A stretch of DNA of 64,000 bases from an uncultured Roseivirgaceae bacterium. GTDB lineage: Bacteria; Bacteroidota; Bacteroidia; Cytophagales; Cyclobacteriaceae. Position 1 is the first letter of the stretch. The number at the start of each line of letters is the position of its first letter. Under the pieces are notes generated by a model, which was not told where the DNA came from, did no database searches, and saw only the letters and a program-made list of their open reading frames with translations. Location of the stretch: assembly GCA_964521255.1 (NCBI GenBank), contig CAZFRM010000021.1:8772-72771 (forward strand), given 5' to 3'. Shown one piece after another: positions 48,586-59,171 of this stretch. A program made the position numbers and the translations under genes.

Positions 48586-50442
48586 ATGAAGAACGTATTG
48601 GTAGTAGCAATTGTGCTGATCGCAAGCCTCAATACAGAGGCGCAGAAGATTGTTCCGGCAGTTCAGCGCGTTGAGCCACTTTCCTGGTGGACAGGCATGA
48701 AGGATCCGAATCTGCAACTAATGGTGCATGGACAAAATATTTCATCCACAACGGTCGCGATGAATTATCCCGGCGTGGAAGTAGTGAAAGTGCATCCGGC
48801 AGAAAATAAAAATTTCATCTTCATAGATCTGTTAATAAAACCCGAAGCAAAACCCGGTAACGTGGTGATCAATTTCAATTATGACAAAAAGAAAAAGCTT
48901 GTTTACAATTTTGAATTAAAGGAAAGAGATAAAAACCGCGTGACTAATGTGATCGACCAAAATGATATTATCTACCTGGTTACACCTGATCGCTTTGTGA
49001 ATGGAAATCCTAATAACGATGCCGTTACAGGATTAAAGGAAGGTAAGAACCGGTCTTTTCATGGTGGACGTCACGGCGGTGATATTGAAGGTGTGCTTTC
49101 AAAGATTAACTACATGGATGACTTGGGAGTCACTGTACTTTGGCTGAATCCAGTTTTGGAGAATGACATGAAGGAATACTCATATCATGGTTATGCTACC
49201 ACTGATTATTATAAAGTTGATCCGCGGTATGGGACAAATGAGTTGTATAAAAAACTTGGTGATGACCTCCATGCAAAAGATATGAAATTGATTATGGACA
49301 TGGTCTTCAATCACTGCGGACTTGAGCACTGGTGGATGAAAGATATGCCTTTTGCTGATTGGGTACATGATTATCCAAACTACAAGATCACTAACTATTC
49401 TATCAGCTCGTTATCTGATCCTCATGCAGCAGAGAGTGATCAGAAGCAAATGGAAAGAGGATGGTTTGTTTCTCAAATGCCTGATTTGAATCATGATAAT
49501 CCTTTCATGGCTACTTATTTGATTCAGAATAGCATCTGGTGGATTGAATACGCAGGGTTGGATGGCATACGCATGGATACATATCCCTATAACAAAAAAG
49601 AATTTATGTCTGAATGGGCAAAGAAAGTTCATGATGAGTACCCATCACTCTACCTCGTTGGTGAAACGTGGGTAGAAAATGAAGCGCTTGAAGCTTTGTG
49701 GTCAAATCGTGGACCTTCGTATAAAGGAGATTTCAATTCAAATATGAATAGCATGACTGATTTTCCTTTATGTTTTGCTATGCACAAAGCGTTTAAGAAA
49801 GAAGGCAGCATGTTTGAATTGTATCGCGTACTAAGCCAGGACTTTGTCTATTATGATGCAGCATTAAATAAAACATTTGCTGACAATCATGACATGGATA
49901 GAATATTCTATGTGATGGATGAAGACATAAACAAATTCAAACTCGCCATGACATTTTTCCTGACAACGCGTGGCATCCCTCAGCTTTATTACGGTACAGA
50001 AATACTCATGAAGGGACATGGTGATCACGGGATCATCCGCGAAGATTTTCCCGGAGGGTGGACGGAAGACACACGTAACGCTTTTTCAGCAAGCGGACGA
50101 ACAGATGCTGAGAATGAAGCCTTCGATCATATTCAGAAGTTACTTAAGTGGAGAAGATCAAGTGAGGCATTTAACAACGGGCATCTTAAACACTTTATAC
50201 CTTTTGATAATGTATATGTATATAATCAAAAGTCGGATAAAGAATCGGTTGTCGTAATCATCAACAATAGCGACAAGTCAGTAAAACCCGATATGTCACG
50301 GTTCGGGGAAATATTAAAAGGTTATGACGGCGCAACGGAGCTGCTTACCAATAAAAAAATCGTTAACCTAAACGAAGTGGAAATCGATGCCAACACCTCA
50401 ATGGTGTTGGTGTTGAATCCACAGCTAAAGGCTAATAAATAA
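48586..50442 (+). CDS. GH13 alpha-amylase-family enzyme with cyclomaltodextrinase-type N-terminal domain (SusA/neopullulanase-like)
   Basis: Signal peptide. 'VEPLSWWTGMKDPNLQLMVHG', 'GGDIEGVLSKINYMDDLGVTVLWLNPV', 'LIMDMVFNHCG', 'LDGIRMDTYPY', 'GETW' and 'ADNHDMDR'. Confidence 0.85.
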   Translation: MKNVLVVAIVLIASLNTEAQKIVPAVQRVEPLSWWTGMKDPNLQLMVHGQNISSTTVAMNYPGVEVVKVHPAENKNFIFIDLLIKPEAKPGNVVINFNYDKKKKLVYNFELKERDKNRVTNVIDQNDIIYLVTPDRFVNGNPNNDAVTGLKEGKNRSFHGGRHGGDIEGVLSKINYMDDLGVTVLWLNPVLENDMKEYSYHGYATTDYYKVDPRYGTNELYKKLGDDLHAKDMKLIMDMVFNHCGLEHWWMKDMPFADWVHDYPNYKITNYSISSLSDPHAAESDQKQMERGWFVSQMPDLNHDNPFMATYLIQNSIWWIEYAGLDGIRMDTYPYNKKEFMSEWAKKVHDEYPSLYLVGETWVENEALEALWSNRGPSYKGDFNSNMNSMTDFPLCFAMHKAFKKEGSMFELYRVLSQDFVYYDAALNKTFADNHDMDRIFYVMDEDINKFKLAMTFFLTTRGIPQLYYGTEILMKGHGDHGIIREDFPGGWTEDTRNAFSASGRTDAENEAFDHIQKLLKWRRSSEAFNNGHLKHFIPFDNVYVYNQKSDKESVVVIINNSDKSVKPDMSRFGEILKGYDGATELLTNKKIVNLNEVEIDANTSMVLVLNPQLKANK

Positions 50443-50465
50443 ATTTAACAAACCTAACTTAACCA

Positions 50466-50500
50466 TAACCCTCTAGGGGTTTCAAACCCTTGGAGGGTTA
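50466..50500 (+). other. GC-rich nested stem-loop between the GH13 and GH97 genes (no U-tract)
   Basis: The sequence is TAACCCTC-ta-GGGGTTT-c-AAACCC-ttg-GAGGGTTA. Outer stem is 50466-50473 with 50493-50500. Inner stem is 50477-50482 with 50484-50489. Confidence 0.35.
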
Positions 50501-50530
50501 GCTAGAAGGTGACTTGATTAAAAACAAAAC

Positions 50531-52540
50531 ATGACCAGAATCATTATTACGTTCTCAACACTTATATGTGTTTTATGGAGTTGCACACCAAAGCAGGAAT
50601 CAAAAACCTTACAACTCGCATCTCCTGAGAATAAACTTGCTGTTATGTTCTATCTCACAAAGGAAGGTGTGCCTGGCTACCTGGCCTCGTTTAATGGCAA
50701 GATGGTGATTGACAGCTCACGACTTGGGTTTGAATTGAATAATATTTCTTCCCTCGACAAGGGATTTCAAATTTTAAATTCAACGCAATCAACCGTTGAT
50801 ACAACATGGGAACAGCCCTGGGGAGAGGAACGTTTTATCCGTGATCATCACAATGAACTGAAAATTGAATTAGCTGAAACGCAAGGGGAGAAGCGCAAGA
50901 TGAATATTGTCTTTCGTGCTTTCGATTACGGTTTAGGTTTTCGCTATGAATTTCCTGAACAGGAAAATCTTGAAACGTTTGAGATCAGCGATGAACTCAC
51001 AGAGTTTAACATGGTCGACAATCAGCTCGCATGGTGGATACCTGCATACAAAGGCAATCGTGATGAATTTATTTTCAAGAAAGATCCTATCAATAATTTG
51101 CCACCGGTGCTTACGCCACTTACTATAGAAACTACTGATGGACTTTATTTGAGCATTCACGAAGCTGCTCTCGTAGATTTTTCAAGTATGGCTATAGAGT
51201 CATTAGGTGATAATAAACTTAAATGCGATTTATTTCCCTGGAAAAATGGTGTGCGCACTTATGTTACTACTCCTCAAACTTCACCCTGGCGTACCATTCA
51301 AATTGCTGAAAAATCAGGCGACCTGATCACTTCCTACCTGATACTTAACCTTAATGAACCCAACAAGATCGGCGATGTATCTTGGGTGAAGCCTGGAAAG
51401 TATGTAGGGGTATGGTGGGAGATGCACCTGGGAACGGGCACATGGCACCAGGGACCCAAGCATGCCGCCAATACCAAAAACACAAAACGATACATTGACT
51501 TTGCCGCAAAGCATGGCTTCAACGGAGTATTGGTTGAAGGTTGGAACTGGGGTTGGGATGGAAACTGGATGAATGGTGGAGAGAACTTTAAGTTCACCAA
51601 AGCTTACCCGGACTATGACATTGAAGAGCTTAGTCGTTACGCTGCATCAAAGAATGTATTTTTAATTGGCCATCACGAAACAGGTGCAGCGGTGGAGAAT
51701 TATGAAAATCAACTGGATGATGCAATGAAGTTTTTGGAAGATCATGGTATGAAGGCTGTGAAGACTGGTTATGTGGGGGATAGCATTAACAATGGTGAGT
51801 GGCACTTCGGACAATACATGGTGCGGCATCAACAGAAAGTTGCCGAGGTAGCGGCAAAACATCATGTGATGTTGGTCGCTCATGAAACAGTTAAGGATAC
51901 CGGACTTCGCAGAACGTATCCCAACTTTATTGCAAGGGAAGATGCAAGAGGGCAAGAGTACAATGCATGGTCGAGCGACGGAGGAAATCCGCCAAGTCAT
52001 GTTACTATTCTGCCATTTACCAGGCTCCTAGCCGGACCGATGGACTACACACCAGGCATTTTTGATCTTACGTTGCCCACGCAAGCCACTAATCAAATCA
52101 ATGGAACGCTGGCAAAGGAACTTGCTCTTTATGTAATTATCTACACCCCTATGCAGATGGCGTGCGATCTCCCTGAAAATTATGAAGGACATCCGGCATT
52201 CCAATTCATAAAAGACGTAGCAACAGATTGGGAAACCACTAAAGTGCTCGATGCAAAAATAGGAGAGTACGTTACTATTGCCCGTAAGCAACGAAATTCA
52301 GAGAACTGGTTTCTGGGCAGCATTACTAACGAGAAAGCAAGAAAGACAACAATTAATTTTGATTTTCTATCACCCGGAAAAACCTACAGCGCCACAATTT
52401 ACAAGGATGCTTCCGATACCGATTATCTTAAAAATCCAACTGCATATAAAATTGAAAAGCTATCGGTCACTTCAGAAACCAGGCTTGATTTTGATCTCGC
52501 GACTAGTGGTGGGGTGGCTATCAGTATAATTTCAAACTAA
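50531..52540 (+). CDS. GH97 alpha-glucosidase (SusB-like)
   Basis: 669 aa. 'GLGFRYEFPEQ', 'PLTIETTDGLYLSIHEAALVDFS', 'GVLVEGWNWGWDGNW', 'IGHHETG' and 'AHETVKDTGLRRTYPN..AREDARGQEYNAW' are typical of GH97. Confidence 0.9.
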   Translation: MTRIIITFSTLICVLWSCTPKQESKTLQLASPENKLAVMFYLTKEGVPGYLASFNGKMVIDSSRLGFELNNISSLDKGFQILNSTQSTVDTTWEQPWGEERFIRDHHNELKIELAETQGEKRKMNIVFRAFDYGLGFRYEFPEQENLETFEISDELTEFNMVDNQLAWWIPAYKGNRDEFIFKKDPINNLPPVLTPLTIETTDGLYLSIHEAALVDFSSMAIESLGDNKLKCDLFPWKNGVRTYVTTPQTSPWRTIQIAEKSGDLITSYLILNLNEPNKIGDVSWVKPGKYVGVWWEMHLGTGTWHQGPKHAANTKNTKRYIDFAAKHGFNGVLVEGWNWGWDGNWMNGGENFKFTKAYPDYDIEELSRYAASKNVFLIGHHETGAAVENYENQLDDAMKFLEDHGMKAVKTGYVGDSINNGEWHFGQYMVRHQQKVAEVAAKHHVMLVAHETVKDTGLRRTYPNFIAREDARGQEYNAWSSDGGNPPSHVTILPFTRLLAGPMDYTPGIFDLTLPTQATNQINGTLAKELALYVIIYTPMQMACDLPENYEGHPAFQFIKDVATDWETTKVLDAKIGEYVTIARKQRNSENWFLGSITNEKARKTTINFDFLSPGKTYSATIYKDASDTDYLKNPTAYKIEKLSVTSETRLDFDLATSGGVAISIISN

Positions 52541-52545
52541 ATTAT

Positions 52546-52706
52546 CATTGTTGTCCGACTAAAATGTATCATTCGTTTCAATCCCTTGATTTTCTTGATT
52601 CCATAGTCTCTCTCCCTCGGAGAGAGGAAGGAGTGAGGCCAGATAAAGAAGCATCAAGAAAATCAAGGGATTAGTAGGTGTTCGTTTTTTTAGTCGGATA
52701 ACAGTG
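52546..52706. repeat. ~160-bp nested palindromic element (MITE-like, or a long extended hairpin)
   Basis: A perfect 20-bp inverted repeat is AATCCCTTGATTTTCTTGAT (52580-52599) with ATCAAGAAAATCAAGGGATT (52653-52672). Outer arms are CATTGTTGTCCGACTAAAA (52546-52564) and TTTTAGTCGGATAACAGTG (52688-52706), 17 of 19 positions complementary. A central hairpin is CTCTCTC-cctcg-GAGAGAG (52608-52626). Confidence 0.6.
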
Positions 52707-52888
52707 CTAAACTACTTAAAATGATTTGTCAGCTTTAATCTATTATAACTACCTAAACGAAGCCGAAAGGGCGGAGCAAAAATGCTTCGCTCTTTTTGTT
52801 GATATCAGGATTAGTAAGGCTGTTCCTATTAACTTCTAACGCCTGGGATGCCGGCAAAGGCAGGATTTAACTGAATAACTGGCAACTA

Positions 52889-55800
52889 TTAACTCTTACG
52901 GTCCCGTCGAATATTCGCCGACCACTTTTGAATCATGGCGGCCATATCTTCTTTCTTGATGGGCTTGCTTATATAATCGTCCATCCCCGCATTAATACAT
53001 TCTTCACGATCACTTTCCAGTGCATTGGCAGTCATTGCTATAATAACAGGCCTTGTTCCGTTGCGATGACGAATAATTCGTGTTGCTTCCAGTCCATCCA
53101 TGCCGGGCATTTGTACATCCATGAGAATAATGTCATGCCTTGTTTTATGAAATACGTCTATTGCTTCTTGTCCGTCCGAGGCCGTATCAGCTGAATATCC
53201 CATCTTTCCTAAGATGCGATTAGCCAACTTCTGATTCACTTCATTATCATCTACAACGAGGATACGCAAAGACGGACTTTGCTCTTCTTTGCCATTGGCA
53301 TGTATAGCATTAGTCTCGGTAGTCGTGTGTGATGCTGTGGGATGTCCACGAAGATGATTTACTATTTGTTTCCAAAGTAAATTTTGCTTCACGGGTTTTG
53401 TGAGAATAGAAGAGAACAGATGTGCATAGTCTCTTGATCGCTCATCTCCAATTGAACTTAATAAAAGAATAGGAGTACTGACACCATTCTCCTTCAATAT
53501 TTCGGCAAATTGTACACCATTCATCTCCGGCATTTGCATATCCGTGAGGATAAGATCAAAGTTGTTATCCTTGATTAAACCAAGGGCTTCTTTTGCAGAG
53601 TCCGCCAATGTTGTAATAAATTTCCATTGCTCTAACTGATTTTTGAGAATGGTTCGGTTGGTTGCATTATCATCGACAACTAATATTGACTTGCCTTCAA
53701 TGCCCGATGTATTGGAGTGAACATAGGTCTTAATTGCTTTAATGCTTGAAGAAGCTTTAATAGTAAATGTGAATACTGTTCCATTCTCAGGTTCACTTTC
53801 CACCGTAATATTTCCGCCCATAAGGTGTACCAGCTTTTCACAGATGGCAAGTCCAAGCCCCGTTCCGCCGTATTGCCGGGTGGTAGAAGAATCAACCTGA
53901 GAGAAAGGTTTAAATAATCGCTCAAGTTTATCTTTTGGAATTCCAATACCGGTATCACGTACTTCAAAGGCCAATTCAACGTGCTCGCTATCCAGTTTCA
54001 TTAAGTGAACACCAAGAAATACTTCACCTTGCCGCGTGAATTTAATGGCATTCCCGATCAGGTTAATTAAGACCTGCCGAAGTCGCAAGCTATCCCCAAT
54101 AATCTGGGGAGGTACATTATAATCGATCTGATAAATTAAATCAAGTTCAGGCTTAGATGCGCGGCTTGTGAATAGATCAAATACTTCTTCTATACACCTG
54201 CGAAGATCAAAATCTCTTTCTTCAAGTTCCATCTTGCCCGATTCGATCTTTGAAAAATCAAGAATATCATTAATAACCGTAAGAAGGCTTTCACTGCTAT
54301 TACGAATGATACCAAGATATTCCCGTTGTTCTCCGTTTAATGAAGTTTCACCAAGGAGAGATGACATGCCGATTACGCCATTCATGGGTGTTCGTATCTC
54401 ATGACTCATCATGGCAAGGAATGTACTCTTCGCGCGATTGGCTTGTTCAGCTTCATGTCTCGCTTTTTCGGCTTCTTCACGGGCTTTCCGTTCCTCGCGT
54501 GTGGAAACGGCGAGTTTCTCAGTCCTTTCTTTTACAAGGCGTTCAAGTTGTTTCTTTTGAAGATTGATGGCACGTATGCGAATGCGATAAGCTCCGATTA
54601 TAAGTGCACCAAGCGCTAACAGCGAAAGAATTCGAAACCAGGTGGTCTTCCACAAAGGAGGTGTGATGCTTAATTGAACACCGATCATATCGGGTGACCA
54701 GTTACCCTGGTTGTCAAGACCTTTTACTTTAAACACATAATCTCCCGGGTTGAGATTGGTATACGTAGCCGCGCGCTTTGTATCGATGTAATTCCAATCT
54801 TTATCAAAGCCTTCCAGCATGTAGGCGTATCGTTTACGATCGCTTGCGGTGTAATTCAGCGAAGCGAATTCAAATGAGAAAACGGATTGATCGTAATCCA
54901 GCGTTATGGCTTTTGTTTCACCAATGCTCTTTTTTAAAATACCTTCACCCGTTATCGGTACCGACTTATTAAACACTTCAAAGTTTGTGAGTACAAGGGG
55001 AGGAGTGAAGGAAACATCGCGAACGCTATCCGGGTGAAACGTGTTGAACCCATTAATGCCACCAAAATAAAGTTTACCTGAACGGCTTTTCCAGTAAGCA
55101 TGTTTAAATTCATCCGACTGAAGGCCATCGGCCATGGTGTAGTTCTTGAATACTTTTGTTTGCGGGTTAAACCTCGAAAGACCCTTGTTGGTACTGATCC
55201 ACAAATCACCATGATCATCTTCAAGAATCCCTAAGATCGTTTCATTAGGCAGCCCATCTTTACGACCATAGTTTGTGAATTTATTTGTCTTTCGGTCAAA
55301 GTGATTCAACCCTGAGGCTGTTCCTATCCATAGATCCTTGTTCTGATCTTCTATAATGCAAAAAATGATATTGTTACTAATGCTCCATTTGTTCTTTGAA
55401 TGTTTAAAAGATTTAAAGGTTTTTTTCTCCTTGTCCATCAGACATAATCCACCGTGCGTTCCTATCCATAGATTTTTATCGCTGTCTTCAAAAACATTAC
55501 TGACAACGGCATGACTCAGGCTGGTGGAATCACCTTCGATAGGGCGGTAGTGGATGAAAGATTGAGTTTTAGGATCATACTGGTCCAATCCATTGGAGTA
55601 TGTTCCCACCCAAATGTTCTTATCAGAATCCTCATAAATTGTCCATGCGTTGTTACTTGACAAACTGGAGGGATCGGCTGGATTATTAACGAAATGCTGA
55701 TAGTAATTCTTTTTTGGATTAAATACCGTAATGCCATTGCCCCATGTTCCGATCCACAGATTGTTTTTACTATCTTCTGTAATGGCGAGTATATAATTTC

Positions 55801-57058
55801 CACCGATGGTTTTCTTGTTTCCAATCTCGTGTTTAAAATGTTTGAACACGCCTTTCTTCGGATCAAATAAATTAACACCACCGCCATCTGTGCCGATCCA
55901 AATATTGTCCTGCGAATCCTCATAGATTGCCAGGACATTGTTATGACTTAAGCTGTTATCTGCAGAAGTATGTTGATAATGAACAAATTTGTCTTTGTCC
56001 TTTCCATAGAGGTTTATCCCGCCGCTGAAAGTCCCCAACCACATGTTGCCTTTTGTATCACAATATATTGACCAAATCGAATTGTTATTCAATCCTGAAT
56101 GGACTACCTCATCCTGGCTATGCGTGGCCAGGCGGTTTCCTCCGGGGTCGACAACTAACAATCCTTCATTTTCAACGCCAACCCATATATTTCCTTTATC
56201 ATCTTCACAAAGACCGAGAATCGAATGATGAAGAGGTGAGAAATTGAATCGCTGAAATACGCCGGTGTTTTTATCTAACCGAATTAATCCACCTTCGTTA
56301 AGGCCAATCCAAATACGATCACGGCTATCCTTAAAAAGATTCCACACTTTGTTTGTGCTTATCGAAGTGGAGTCAAGAGGATTATGGGTAAATCGTGTGA
56401 ACGTTTTGCTTTTCTTATCCAGGCGATTTAATCCACCATTATACGTTCCGACCCATAGGTAATCACCGTCATTAAGAATAGTTTTCACACCATCGTCACT
56501 CAGGCTTTGATGATCAATTGTTCTTTTAAAATGTAAAAATTGCTGTGTCTTTAAATCGAAACGATCAATGCCGCTATCTTCAAAACCAATCCACAACATC
56601 TGATCCTCATCGATTGCCAGTGTATTGACAAAATTACTGGCAATACCATCACGATCGGTAGGATTAGCAATAAAACTTTTGAACGTCTCTTTCTCGCGAT
56701 CAAACATACTAAGACCGCTAAAAGTAGCTATCCACAAATTGCCGGCATTGTCTTCAACGATATCATTAATAATGTTGCCTGTAATGGATTGGGGATTCTT
56801 TATGTCACTTTTATATACTTTAATAGAATAGCCATCATATTGATTCAGACCATCACGGGTACCAAACCACATGAATCCACGGCTGTCCTGGAAAATGCAA
56901 ATGACATTACTTTGAGAAAGACCATTAGCGGTTCCGATATGTTCAAATTTCAAATGCTCTAATTGTGCCTGGAGGGAAAAATTGAAAAAAAGAGAAGCTG
57001 TGAAAACGAATGCTTTCAAAATATTTTTACGTGCAGCAATGGAGCAGGTAGAGCTCAT
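52889..57058 (-). CDS. hybrid sensor histidine kinase: periplasmic beta-propeller repeats + Y_Y_Y, TM, HisKA/HATPase and two receiver domains; no DNA-binding domain
   Basis: Many 'D..GN.WIGT..GL' blades. '[14 protein letters not shown]...GDYVFKVKG' is the Y_Y_Y domain. The TM helix is '[18 protein letters not shown]'. H-box '[18 protein letters not shown]', '[13 protein letters not shown]', REC1 '..[14 protein letters not shown]' and REC2 '..[14 protein letters not shown]'. Confidence 0.9.
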   Translation of the reverse strand: MSSTCSIAARKNILKAFVFTASLFFNFSLQAQLEHLKFEHIGTANGLSQSNVICIFQDSRGFMWFGTRDGLNQYDGYSIKVYKSDIKNPQSITGNIINDIVEDNAGNLWIATFSGLSMFDREKETFKSFIANPTDRDGIASNFVNTLAIDEDQMLWIGFEDSGIDRFDLKTQQFLHFKRTIDHQSLSDDGVKTILNDGDYLWVGTYNGGLNRLDKKSKTFTRFTHNPLDSTSISTNKVWNLFKDSRDRIWIGLNEGGLIRLDKNTGVFQRFNFSPLHHSILGLCEDDKGNIWVGVENEGLLVVDPGGNRLATHSQDEVVHSGLNNNSIWSIYCDTKGNMWLGTFSGGINLYGKDKDKFVHYQHTSADNSLSHNNVLAIYEDSQDNIWIGTDGGGVNLFDPKKGVFKHFKHEIGNKKTIGGNYILAITEDSKNNLWIGTWGNGITVFNPKKNYYQHFVNNPADPSSLSSNNAWTIYEDSDKNIWVGTYSNGLDQYDPKTQSFIHYRPIEGDSTSLSHAVVSNVFEDSDKNLWIGTHGGLCLMDKEKKTFKSFKHSKNKWSISNNIIFCIIEDQNKDLWIGTASGLNHFDRKTNKFTNYGRKDGLPNETILGILEDDHGDLWISTNKGLSRFNPQTKVFKNYTMADGLQSDEFKHAYWKSRSGKLYFGGINGFNTFHPDSVRDVSFTPPLVLTNFEVFNKSVPITGEGILKKSIGETKAITLDYDQSVFSFEFASLNYTASDRKRYAYMLEGFDKDWNYIDTKRAATYTNLNPGDYVFKVKGLDNQGNWSPDMIGVQLSITPPLWKTTWFRILSLLALGALIIGAYRIRIRAINLQKKQLERLVKERTEKLAVSTREERKAREEAEKARHEAEQANRAKSTFLAMMSHEIRTPMNGVIGMSSLLGETSLNGEQREYLGIIRNSSESLLTVINDILDFSKIESGKMELEERDFDLRRCIEEVFDLFTSRASKPELDLIYQIDYNVPPQIIGDSLRLRQVLINLIGNAIKFTRQGEVFLGVHLMKLDSEHVELAFEVRDTGIGIPKDKLERLFKPFSQVDSSTTRQYGGTGLGLAICEKLVHLMGGNITVESEPENGTVFTFTIKASSSIKAIKTYVHSNTSGIEGKSILVVDDNATNRTILKNQLEQWKFITTLADSAKEALGLIKDNNFDLILTDMQMPEMNGVQFAEILKENGVSTPILLLSSIGDERSRDYAHLFSSILTKPVKQNLLWKQIVNHLRGHPTASHTTTETNAIHANGKEEQSPSLRILVVDDNEVNQKLANRILGKMGYSADTASDGQEAIDVFHKTRHDIILMDVQMPGMDGLEATRIIRHRNGTRPVIIAMTANALESDREECINAGMDDYISKPIKKEDMAAMIQKWSANIRRDRKS

Positions 57059-57066
57059 GCTAGTGT

Positions 57067-57423
57067 TTAACTGGCTTTTTTAATGACCGCTTCATTTTCA
57101 AGACATTTGATCTGATGATCTATAAGCTGAAAAAATTGTTCTATTTTTTTACGGATAACAGATTTCTGCGGGGCCTTAAGTAAGGCTTTAAAATCAACCA
57201 CAAATTGATTGATCTCCCGATTATCAATAATCGTAAGAGTTGACTTGGCTTTATGGGCAGCTTGCTCAAAAATGTGCGCATGAGCTTGTTGAGCAGCCTG
57301 ATAAAGTTCGCGCAGATTACTGATCATTAATCCAATCAGTTCTCGTCTGAACTCGGAATCATCATCTGTAAAAGCGGTCAATCTGTCTGTCAGCGACAAT
57401 TCTTGGTTAAAGATGGGTTTCAT
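57067..57423 (-). CDS. putative Hpt-type phosphotransfer protein
   Basis: 118 aa and predicted all-helical. '[15 protein letters not shown]' resembles the Hpt 'HxxKG' phospho-His helix. It sits 8 nt upstream of the hybrid kinase on the same strand. Confidence 0.5.
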   Translation of the reverse strand: MKPIFNQELSLTDRLTAFTDDDSEFRRELIGLMISNLRELYQAAQQAHAHIFEQAAHKAKSTLTIIDNREINQFVVDFKALLKAPQKSVIRKKIEQFFQLIDHQIKCLENEAVIKKAS

Positions 57424-57955
57424 AGGTTTAAGGTTCTCAAAACTACGTTAACCCTAACAATGAATAGTCCAACTTATTAATGCTTTAAAAACAGATGCAA
57501 GAAATAGCAGGAAATTCTACTTTTTCGAAATCCTGGAAATTATTGAACAGGAGGGGTTGCAAGCGTTAACGTAAAGACCGCTAAGCGTCACGGTGATATT
57601 ATTTGTGATAATGATTTAACTAAAATTCCGGTGCCTCTGATGTACCAAAATGAATTTACTTGTACATTAAAGAAGCAGTTAAAACATCTTTAAATCCCAA
57701 ATAGGAACTGAATTCCAAAAAATTACATGAGCGGTGTTTTCATTCGTAACGGAGAGCGTTATGAGATTCATATTTTCACGCAAATCGCTAAGCGTTTTCG
57801 CAAAGCCAGCAAAAGTCATTCTGCTCTTAACTCTTCGCGTTTTCTTTGCTTGATATCTTCGCGTGAACGCAGATGAAGAATACATAGGGTGTGCCAATCA
57901 AACGCAGCATCGTCTTAACACTTAATCAAGACAATCCTTAAGTCCTACAAACCTG

Positions 57956-57972
57956 CCCGTCCGGCAGACGGG
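57956..57972 (-). terminator. terminator-like GC hairpin downstream of the YceI-family gene
   Basis: The minus strand reads CCCGTC-tgccg-GACGGG followed by caGGTTTGT. An alternative CTGCC/GGCAG pairing overlaps it. Confidence 0.45.
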
Positions 57973-58022
57973 TTATGGTTCATACAAATTGATCTACGAA
58001 CGATTGGCACTATGCACAGGCC

Positions 58023-58601
58023 CTAATTAATATCTCCTTTAACAAATTCTGCATTAGCAGTAATCGTTACTTCATCGCCAAGCATAGCAGATGGAGTATC
58101 TTTGCTTATTGCAAAATCAGAACGTTTCAGCACACCGGTTACTTTAAAACCGGCAATCGTCTTTTTAGTATAAGGATGAACTCCTGTTCCATTTAAGGTA
58201 ACATCCAATTCAACTGGCTTGGTTATACCATGAAGAGTAAGGTCACCAATAAGCTTGTATTTTTTATCCGATACCTTTTTGAATGATTTACTTTTGAAAA
58301 TCAAAGAAGGATATTTTGCCGCATCGAAGAAGTCAGGATTTTTAAGATGCTCATCGCGTTTATCATTGTCTGTATCGATGGAGTTTATATCAGCCGTCAA
58401 TTCAATAACAGCGTCTGAAAAATCCTCTTTGGAGGAGATGATCCTGGCGTCAAATGAATTAAAGGTTCCTTCCACATCAGATATCATCATGTGTGTGATG
58501 CTGAACCCAAGACGTGCATGCGATTGATCAAGTGACCAGGTCTGTCCGAAAACGAGTGCACTTGAAATAAGAAATAAAACCGAAAAAATAATTTTCTTCA
58601 T
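58023..58601 (-). CDS. YceI-family (polyisoprenoid-binding) periplasmic protein
   Basis: Signal peptide. 'WSLDQSHARLGFSITHMMISDVEGTFNSF...SIDTDNDKRDEHLKNPDFFDAAKYP...GDLTLHGITKPV'. Confidence 0.85.
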   Translation of the reverse strand: MKKIIFSVLFLISSALVFGQTWSLDQSHARLGFSITHMMISDVEGTFNSFDARIISSKEDFSDAVIELTADINSIDTDNDKRDEHLKNPDFFDAAKYPSLIFKSKSFKKVSDKKYKLIGDLTLHGITKPVELDVTLNGTGVHPYTKKTIAGFKVTGVLKRSDFAISKDTPSAMLGDEVTITANAEFVKGDIN

Positions 58602-58692
58602 ATATTTGTGTTTAATTAGTTACTAATAATAACTCAAAACTATTTAGGAACTTAGTAGTAAACAAGAAGGAACAACATCATAAGTAAGTATC

Positions 58693-59127
58693 ATGGGCGT
58701 AACTATTGTTGAGAATCAGCCGGTTAGACAGCAAAAAAAAATTGGAAAAATTCTACAGGAAGGCCCTCACGGGTGCCTTTGTCCCATTCATGATTTTTTA
58801 AATCACTTTGCCACGAAATGGTCCATGCTGGTCATACTCAACCTGGGCTACGCCGGAAAGCCGCGCTTTAATGAATTAAAGAACATGATTACCGGCATCT
58901 CACAGCGGATGCTCACGGTTACATTGCGTTCGCTGGAAGAAGATGGACTGATTTCACGACATCTTTACCCTGAAATTCCACCTCGCGTTGAATACGCGCT
59001 GACACCCCTCGGAAGAAGTCTGCTGGATGTAATGACACACCTGGGAGAATGGGCCTCTAAACACGAAGCAGAAATTGTCAAAGCGCGGAAGAAATTCAGC
59101 AAGCAGAAAGAAGGAGGTAGGCTCTGA
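58693..59127 (+). CDS. HxlR-family winged-helix transcriptional regulator
   Basis: 'CPIHDFLNHFATKWSMLVILNLGYAGKPRFNELKNMITGISQRMLTVTLRSLEEDGLISRHLYPEIPPRVEYALTPLG'. Confidence 0.85.
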   Translation: MGVTIVENQPVRQQKKIGKILQEGPHGCLCPIHDFLNHFATKWSMLVILNLGYAGKPRFNELKNMITGISQRMLTVTLRSLEEDGLISRHLYPEIPPRVEYALTPLGRSLLDVMTHLGEWASKHEAEIVKARKKFSKQKEGGRL

Positions 59128-59171
59128 TTCTTCAAATCGGGTCTCATACTAATTGCCAAAGATCCGTTTCA

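Noticed and set aside
52755-52800. Possible bidirectional terminator (CGAAGC...GCTTCG with an inner GCC-GAAA-GGC) between the GH97 gene and the hybrid kinase gene.
   Set aside because: The stems are short (4-6 bp), the loop is long and the T-run is weak. This is not convincing enough to list as a feature.
57679-57897. 72-aa minus-strand ORF in the 600-bp region upstream of the Hpt/kinase operon, and a 10-nt direct repeat CGCTAAGCGT (about 57579 and 57786).
   Set aside because: The ORF has no family resemblance and a basic, low-complexity composition. A 10-mer repeated once in 64 kb is expected by chance many times over.
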